Source: Bacteroidales bacterium
GTDB taxonomy: Bacteria; Bacteroidota; Bacteroidia; Bacteroidales; UBA932
Assembly: GCA_035380845.1 (NCBI GenBank)
Contig: DAOSXZ010000001.1
Span: 1-37,725 of the forward strand
Reading direction: 5' to 3'
DNA: 37,725 nt
Shown: positions 1-5,543 of the stretch, piece by piece
Position numbering within the stretch: the first letter of the stretch is position 1
Layout of the letters: every line of letters starts with the position of its first letter
Made by a program: the position numbers and the translations under genes
The notes under the pieces: model-generated
What the model saw: only the letters and a program-made list of their open reading frames with translations
The model's database searches: none
Told to the model about the DNA's origin: nothing

Positions 1-908
1 CTGAAAGATTCCGCAAAAGTATCATAAGTCCCCGTCAGCTTTAAACTCAGTGAAACAAACAAGCTTCCTAAAAGTAAAGCAGAAATAAAATAGCGTGTTA
101 CCGGAGATTTGAATAACGAGGTAGATCTTTTGGCTACCAGTAAGAAGATCATTCCGAAATGCAACGCAGACAAGCACATAAAAACCATTATTATGGCTTC
201 AATCAGCTGGCTGTCGTATGCTGCTATACTGAGATTTTTAGTACTGAAGCCTCCTGTTGCAATGGTAGCAAAAGAATGACAAACGGCATCAAAAAAATCC
301 ATACCTGCCAAAGTCAGGCAAAATACTTCCAGGAACGTCAGGCCAAAATATATAATAGCTATTACACGAACTGTTTCTTTTGCCCTGAAACGAAAATAAT
401 CCTGTGAAAGAGCACTGATCTCTATCTTGGATAATTTCAACCGGATGGAGCTGACTTCCGGTAATATCAGCAACATAAAAATGACGACTCCCATACCACC
501 GATCCAATGGGTGGATGCCCGCCAGAAAAGCAATGATTTCGGTAAAATTTCAACGTCAGTTAAAATTGTACCACCTGAAGTAGTATAACCGCTTACGCTT
601 TCATACCATGCGTTAATTAACGTAAACTCGCCTCCCCACAATAAATAAGGCAGCATACCGAAAAGGCACGATATTGCCCATGAAAGAACCGCGATGACAT
701 ATCCCTCACGGGTAGCTACTTCCCCGCTACTCCGAACAAATATATACGGAAAAGACCCTATTGTCGCCGTAATGATGGCCGTAAGAAGCAATGGAGAAAA
801 CCCGGTATCAAATCCATTTATTGCCGAGACAAAGACGGCAATGAACATGAACAGGGCATTGACCAGGAGAACCAGGCCCATATTCCTTGCTATCACATGG
901 ATCCTCAT
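1..908 (-). CDS. trkH: TrkH/KtrB-family K+ uptake permease, first ~302 codons only (ORF runs off the left window edge)
   Basis: Absent from the supplied ORF track because it is open-ended. Manual minus-strand translation from ATG 908-906 is uninterrupted to position 1: MRIHVIARNMGLVLLVNALFMFI...ESVSGYTTSGGTILTD...THWIGGMGVVIFMLLILP...CHSFATIATGGFSTKN.... It is multi-TM with the repeated pore-loop-like (S/T)GG..T motifs typical of TrkH. The ATG overlaps the upstream gene's TGA (ATGA at 905-908). Confidence 0.85.
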   Translation of the reverse strand, partial: MRIHVIARNMGLVLLVNALFMFIAVFVSAINGFDTGFSPLLLTAIITATIGSFPYIFVRSSGEVATREGYVIAVLSWAISCLFGMLPYLLWGGEFTLINAWYESVSGYTTSGGTILTDVEILPKSLLFWRASTHWIGGMGVVIFMLLILPEVSSIRLKLSKIEISALSQDYFRFRAKETVRVIAIIYFGLTFLEVFCLTLAGMDFFDAVCHSFATIATGGFSTKNLSIAAYDSQLIEAIIMVFMCLSALHFGMIFLLVAKRSTSLFKSPVTRYFISALLLGSLFVSLSLKLTGTYDTFAESF

Positions 909-1669
909 AGCTTATTGTGTTCGTCGCAAAGTTTAGTTATGGATTCGTTCAATTCCGCCAATTCGTCATCGGAAGGCAGTTTGACCTGGTATTTTGTTTT
1001 AAACAACAAGGTGTTTTTGACACCCAAACGAATTTGCCTGAGCGGCAGGATCAGGTATATGCGAATAAAATAGGACAACAGGAACAACAAAAGAATGCTG
1101 CTTGCCACTGCTATGACACCAGGCATCAGGCTTCGGTAAAATCCGTCCTGTATCAATTGCGTGTTCTGATGGAGTAATTCCTGTTCCAGAGAGATCAGAT
1201 CCTGTACGTATTTACGCAGCCTGGAATAAGTAGGATACAGTCTCTGAGAATACCATCCCCTTCTCTGAACGTATTCGTTTTCCTGCCAGACAGACCGGGC
1301 TTCGTTCAGTATTTGCATATAAGCGGCATAAGCGTAAACAATGGAATCGGTCAATGCCATTTCCTGATCAGTTGTCAATGTAGTCCTTGTTGCCTGCAGA
1401 TAATTGTTAAAACGTGCATCATCATATATGGATTCCATTTCCAATAAGGAATCCGTTGTTATTCCAATCTGGCTGAGCAATGCAAAAATATTCTGATCGG
1501 TTACTTCCAGCAATTGGCTGGATATATTGATGTTTTCCACGTTGACTGAAATAACGTCTCCTACGGAACGGCGGATCCTTCCGATTTCAAAGATACTGAC
1601 CAGGCTGGATAAGAAAAGAACAAAGCCTACTACCAGAAAACCCAGATTAATCTTATTGCTTATTCCCAT
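905..1669 (-). CDS. Sensor-like membrane protein: MCP-type four-helix-bundle ectodomain flanked by two TM helices, short HAMP-like tail, no output domain
   Basis: 254 aa, ATG at 1669-1667. TM1 is INLGFLVVGFVLFLSSLVSIF, followed by a ~150 aa helical segment. TM2 is LMPGVIAVASSILLLFLLSYFIRIYLILPL, followed by PLRQIRLGV...DDELAELNESITKL (HAMP-like), then stop. Its stop overlaps the trkH start, and its start overlaps the SDR 3' end by 17 nt. Confidence 0.6.
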   Translation of the reverse strand: MGISNKINLGFLVVGFVLFLSSLVSIFEIGRIRRSVGDVISVNVENINISSQLLEVTDQNIFALLSQIGITTDSLLEMESIYDDARFNNYLQATRTTLTTDQEMALTDSIVYAYAAYMQILNEARSVWQENEYVQRRGWYSQRLYPTYSRLRKYVQDLISLEQELLHQNTQLIQDGFYRSLMPGVIAVASSILLLFLLSYFIRIYLILPLRQIRLGVKNTLLFKTKYQVKLPSDDELAELNESITKLCDEHNKL

Positions 1670-2504
1670 AAGTGTTCAAAGTTATAAAAAAACTCCATAC
1701 GCTGTCCAGAGACTCTTTGGCAGACAGGTAAGAAGGTAATCTTACCTGTTTCTTGTCTTTGAATAATTTCCCGGAGATTCCTTCCACAGAAGCATCCAGC
1801 GCCAGAAATACGGTAGTAGAAGCACCCTTGGGAGCTTGTCTTATAACGGGCCTGAAAAACAAGTCTGTAAGAGGGTCAATCCAATTATGCATTTTAATTA
1901 TGGGTGTATTTACTATCCCGGGATCTACCATATTAACACTAATTCCTTCATCTTTCCATAAAGAGGCCATGCGTATGGAACACAAGGCAAAAGCAAGCTT
2001 GGAACAGGCATAACGTTCAAAACGGTTGAATTTGGGAGATGGCATAGGGAAATAAACCGGGATTCCCCCCTGTCTGATCATTATAGATACGGTATTGATC
2101 ACACGGCTGCCTTTTCCCAACAACGGTTTGATAAGCCATGTAAATGTTGCCGGACCCAGGCAGTTGACCACATTATGCATTTCATATCCTTCGGGGGTAA
2201 TTTCCGGTTTCCATCCCAGCATTCCTGCATTGTTGATCAGAATATCCAGGTGATCCTCTCTGTCTTTTAGAACAAGGGCAGCCCGGCGGACAGAATCCAG
2301 GGATGAAAGATCCATTTCAAGGACGGAGACTGTTTCTGCACCATATTCATCAACCAGGGAACGGCAAAATTGCATACCCTCACTTCCGGGACGACAAGAT
2401 AAAATGACCTTGCAACCGGATTGAATCAATTCATGACTGATAACGCGGCCTAAACCTCCGTTAGCCCCTGTCACAAGGGCTATCTTCCGGTTATTTGAGT
2501 TCAT
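1653..2504 (-). CDS. Short-chain dehydrogenase/reductase (SDR); candidate hydroxysteroid (3-oxo/3-hydroxy bile acid) dehydrogenase by context
   Basis: 283 aa, ATG at 2504-2502. Motifs: Rossmann TGANGGLGR (TGxxxGxG), NNAG, and catalytic YACSK (YxxxK). Its start is overlapped by 14 nt of the upstream OYE gene. Confidence 0.85.
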   Translation of the reverse strand: MNSNNRKIALVTGANGGLGRVISHELIQSGCKVILSCRPGSEGMQFCRSLVDEYGAETVSVLEMDLSSLDSVRRAALVLKDREDHLDILINNAGMLGWKPEITPEGYEMHNVVNCLGPATFTWLIKPLLGKGSRVINTVSIMIRQGGIPVYFPMPSPKFNRFERYACSKLAFALCSIRMASLWKDEGISVNMVDPGIVNTPIIKMHNWIDPLTDLFFRPVIRQAPKGASTTVFLALDASVEGISGKLFKDKKQVRLPSYLSAKESLDSVWSFFITLNTYGNKQ

Positions 2505-3720
2505 TCAGCAATTTTTTGGGAATACCATCCAGATGCTGGTGACATGCCATATCTATACTGTACATCCTGGCAATGCAATAATTGGTATGCTTGCAACTAC
2601 TGGAGAAAGCGCATCCGGGATCTTTCTCTTCCGCTTCTTTCATATGTTTGACAAAGGCTGGATCATTGATCAGGGGTCGCGCCAGTCCAATAAATTCAAA
2701 ACCTCCGTCCAGAGCCTGTTCTATGACAGAACGCGAGAACATACCTCCCAGGCATACCAGCGGTATACGGATGTGCTTCCTGAATATTCGTGCATCTTCC
2801 AGAAAATATCCTTCCTTGAAGGGAACCGGGGGAATCATCCATTTTCCTATCATGCCTACTCCAATCTTTACATAATTCCAGGGCATGTAATACGTCAAAG
2901 TTTTAATGGGCATGGCACCGCGCATAACATACATGGGCGCCCGGCTTACATAACCGCCGCTAAGCACCAGTGCATGCGCTCCGGCTTTTTCCAATAGTGC
3001 GGCCACCTGCAGGGATTCATCCAATTCCATGCCACCCCTGAATCCATCCCGCATATTCATTTTCACCAACACAGCCATTTTTCGCCGGGCTGCCACCTCC
3101 ATTACTTCTTCCATAACCTGAGAAGTAAATCTCAACCGGTTGACGAAACTGCCTCCGTATTCGTCTTTTCTTTTGTTCAGCCAGGTAGACATGAATTGAC
3201 TCAAAAGGTATCCGTGACCGGCGTGAATCTCTACCGCATCAAATCCGGATTCGTATGCCAGTTCTGTAGCCTTTCCAAAATCTTTTACCATATCAAGTAT
3301 TTCGGATTTTTTCATAGCCCTGACAAACGTCGGAGAATACATATTAAATCCGCTGCTTGCCGATACAGGTGTGCAACCGCAAATATTCCGGTGACTCATG
3401 TTGCCGCAATGGCCCATCTGTATGGATGCTGCGGCTCCTTCTTTATGAATACCATCTGTGAGATGCTTTAACCCTGGAACGATTTCAGGACGCATCCACA
3501 ACTGTGTTGGGAAAGAAAGTCCACTCCTGTTAACAGCTGCATAAGCGACTGTAGTCATTCCAATCTCACCCGCTGCAACAGAAGTATGATAGCGGTAAAG
3601 GGCATCTGAAGGTCCGTTAGCTATACACATCCCTTCAAAAGCAGCCGCGCGGATGGTACGGTTGCGTAAAGTAAGAGGGCCTATGGACGATGGTGTGAAT
3701 AATAGAGAATCGTGGATCAT
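2491..3720 (-). CDS. Old-Yellow-Enzyme-family NADH:flavin oxidoreductase (ene-reductase); candidate 3-oxo-delta4-steroid 5beta-reductase by context
   Basis: 409 aa. OYE TIM-barrel signatures: LTLRNRTIRAAAFEG, HKEGAAASIQMGHCG, FDAVEIHAGHGYLLSQFMS, GLARPLINDPAFV. C-terminal four-Cys stretch CAFSSSCKHTNYCIARMYSIDMAC. There is no C-terminal FAD/NAD(P) domain. The ATG at 3720 lies 3 nt after the 5alpha-reductase stop. Confidence 0.85.
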   Translation of the reverse strand: MIHDSLLFTPSSIGPLTLRNRTIRAAAFEGMCIANGPSDALYRYHTSVAAGEIGMTTVAYAAVNRSGLSFPTQLWMRPEIVPGLKHLTDGIHKEGAAASIQMGHCGNMSHRNICGCTPVSASSGFNMYSPTFVRAMKKSEILDMVKDFGKATELAYESGFDAVEIHAGHGYLLSQFMSTWLNKRKDEYGGSFVNRLRFTSQVMEEVMEVAARRKMAVLVKMNMRDGFRGGMELDESLQVAALLEKAGAHALVLSGGYVSRAPMYVMRGAMPIKTLTYYMPWNYVKIGVGMIGKWMIPPVPFKEGYFLEDARIFRKHIRIPLVCLGGMFSRSVIEQALDGGFEFIGLARPLINDPAFVKHMKEAEEKDPGCAFSSSCKHTNYCIARMYSIDMACHQHLDGIPKKLLNELK

Positions 3721-3723
3721 ATT

Positions 3724-4497
3724 TTAATATATAAAAGGGAAAATACGTTTTCGGGGATCCCTTGTCATTTCTGTAGAAAACTCATTTTCATATCTTTTAT
3801 ATATGGCGTGAGCCCTGGGAACCAGGTTGGCAAAAGTCCACAAAAAGAAAACAAATCCGCTCAGGGACCAGGTCAAAACGGCAAAACCCATCCATTCAAT
3901 GATTTCGCCAAAATAATTGGCACATGTTACATACCGGAATAATCCCTTATCCGGTAAATAATGGTTTGTATCTCCTTCATGTCTGAGGTTTCGAATAATT
4001 CCGTCCGAACGGATATTGATCACAAGTCCTGTTATGAACAATGCGGTTCCTGCAAGAAAACGGGGATCTCCCAACCAGGATTCCGTATACATTTCCGGAG
4101 GTGCCAGGAAAAAGATCCATTGACCTTGCATAAATGCGTTCGCCAGATTAAAGACAATACCCATAAGCATGATCAGAACAGGCATCCGACTTTTTCCCTT
4201 AATTAACCACGGAAAAATAAATGCACGCTGAAGATAGTGAGTCTGGAAAAGCAGGAAAAAAACAAAAGGTATAAGTTCCCATTTCCTGGGAGACATAACC
4301 CAAAACCAGCACATGGCAATAAAAACCGGCGCTTCCATGATCATCCACGCCCATTTGTTGGATAAGGTTATCCCCCAGCTTTTGTCAAAAAGAATACCGT
4401 AACCGGCTTTCACATGATACAATGCTATGAACACAACTATTGCAATAGCCGCCATAATCAATAAAAACAGGTGAAAGGTATTCAGGGAAATATTCAT
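3724..4497 (-). CDS. 3-oxo-5-alpha-steroid 4-dehydrogenase (steroid 5alpha-reductase, SRD5A family) integral membrane enzyme
   Basis: 257 aa polytopic membrane protein. The C-terminus GLFRYVTCANYFGEIIEWMGFAVLTWSLSGFVFFLWTFANLVPRAHAIYKRYENEF aligns by eye with the conserved SRD5A1 C-terminal block (..GLFEYVTAANYFGEIMEW.G..L.....). ATG at 4497-4495. Confidence 0.9.
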   Translation of the reverse strand: MNISLNTFHLFLLIMAAIAIVVFIALYHVKAGYGILFDKSWGITLSNKWAWMIMEAPVFIAMCWFWVMSPRKWELIPFVFFLLFQTHYLQRAFIFPWLIKGKSRMPVLIMLMGIVFNLANAFMQGQWIFFLAPPEMYTESWLGDPRFLAGTALFITGLVINIRSDGIIRNLRHEGDTNHYLPDKGLFRYVTCANYFGEIIEWMGFAVLTWSLSGFVFFLWTFANLVPRAHAIYKRYENEFSTEMTRDPRKRIFPFIY

Positions 4498-4503
4498 GGC
4501 TCA

Positions 4504-4511
4504 CAAATGTA
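4504..4511 (-). promoter_or_regulatory. Bacteroidetes -7 promoter box TACATTTG (TAnnTTTG) for the 5alpha-reductase operon
   Basis: Plus-strand caaatgta at 4504-4511 reads TACATTTG on the minus strand. It lies 6 nt upstream of the ATG at 4497. Confidence 0.45.
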
Positions 4512-4522
4512 ATAAAATTTTG

Positions 4523-4530
4523 TATTTTTG
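4523..4530 (+). promoter_or_regulatory. -7 promoter box TATTTTTG for the thioredoxin-like lipoprotein gene
   Basis: TATTTTTG matches TAnnTTTG and lies 4 nt upstream of the ATG at 4535. Confidence 0.4.
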
Positions 4531-4534
4531 TTTT

Positions 4535-5515
4535 ATGAAGCTTCTTTTCCTCCGTCTTGTATTAATATCTGCGGCAATCATCACGACGTCCTGCATCCGG
4601 GGAAACAAAGAGAAGGAGAGCAAACCACTGATATTCCAGCCGCCTTCCGTACCGGTAGTAATTGGATCACAGGAAGAAGCCATTCACTACCAAACAGTTC
4701 ATTACTGGGATCATTTTCCTTTTGAGGATTCCCTGTGTATCATACAAGAAGGATTTGCGGACCAGGTTTTTACGGGATATGCAAACTTACTCCAACAAGC
4801 TGACATAAAAGATGCGCGGGAGAGTATCAGGCGCATGATGATAAAAGCAGGTACGGCGGCCGAAGATCCGGCGGCAAGAAAAAAGATCCTTTTAAAATTT
4901 TTTAGTTTAACGGAATATTTCTTCTATCATCCGAATTCTCCTTACAGGAACGATGACATCCTGATTCCGGCTTTGGAAGTGGTGGTTGCCGCTCCTTTAC
5001 TGGATTCCATGGAAATACAACGCCCCTTGTATATGCTGGACATCGTTCGCAAAAACCGACCGGGAGATATAGCCGGCGATTTTTCTTTTATCCGTGCAGT
5101 CAGGAATTTCCCTTTTACCGATGACCCGTCCAATATTGAAAATTTACATGATCTGAAATCAGATTTCATCCTGATCATGTTCATCAACCTGGGATGTCCT
5201 TCCTGCAACCAGGTTAAGGAAGAGATCCTTCATTCTGAACCTGTCAAAAAGATGGTTGAAGAAAAAAGACTTACCATTCTTACTGTTTATCCGGACAAAG
5301 ATATGGAAGGCTGGCAGAAACATTTACCGGAACTCCCTGCTGAATGGATCCACAGTTACAACCCGGAAGGTGAGATCAGGAACGGATCCATATACGATCT
5401 GAAAGCCATTCCCACATTGTATCTTCTGGATAAGAACAAACGTGTCCTGGTAAAAGACGCCCTGTCTGTTAAGCAATTGGAAGATGCCATCAGGCAACAG
5501 GCATATTTTTTGTAG
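4535..5515 (+). CDS. Thioredoxin-fold (TlpA/AhpC-TSA-like) lipoprotein with DUF5106-like N-terminal domain
   Basis: I prefer the ATG at 4535 (MKLLFLRLVLISAAIITTSC, lipobox Cys) over the track's 4496 start. The CxxC motif GCPSC sits in FINLGCPSCNQ, followed by IPTLYLLD (the thioredoxin-fold cis-Pro region). Confidence 0.7.
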   Translation: MKLLFLRLVLISAAIITTSCIRGNKEKESKPLIFQPPSVPVVIGSQEEAIHYQTVHYWDHFPFEDSLCIIQEGFADQVFTGYANLLQQADIKDARESIRRMMIKAGTAAEDPAARKKILLKFFSLTEYFFYHPNSPYRNDDILIPALEVVVAAPLLDSMEIQRPLYMLDIVRKNRPGDIAGDFSFIRAVRNFPFTDDPSNIENLHDLKSDFILIMFINLGCPSCNQVKEEILHSEPVKKMVEEKRLTILTVYPDKDMEGWQKHLPELPAEWIHSYNPEGEIRNGSIYDLKAIPTLYLLDKNKRVLVKDALSVKQLEDAIRQQAYFL

Positions 5516-5543
5516 CTTTGCGCCTCATCTACTCCGGACTAAC

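Noticed and set aside
159-936. Track ORFs 159..407(+), 289..507(-) and 694..936(+) at the left end of the window.
   Set aside because: All lie inside, and out of frame or antisense to, the uninterrupted TrkH reading frame (1-908, minus). That frame has clear family motifs, so these ORFs are shadows.
4496-4534. Longer N-terminal extensions proposed by the ORF track: 4496, 5484, 19800 and 32164 (ATG), and 27736, 29365 and 35246 (TTG).
   Set aside because: In each case a downstream ATG is followed immediately by a clean signal peptide, lipobox or conserved N-terminus. The extensions would overlap neighbouring genes or promoter boxes. I checked the three TTG starts in the sequence, and each has an ATG two or three codons downstream.
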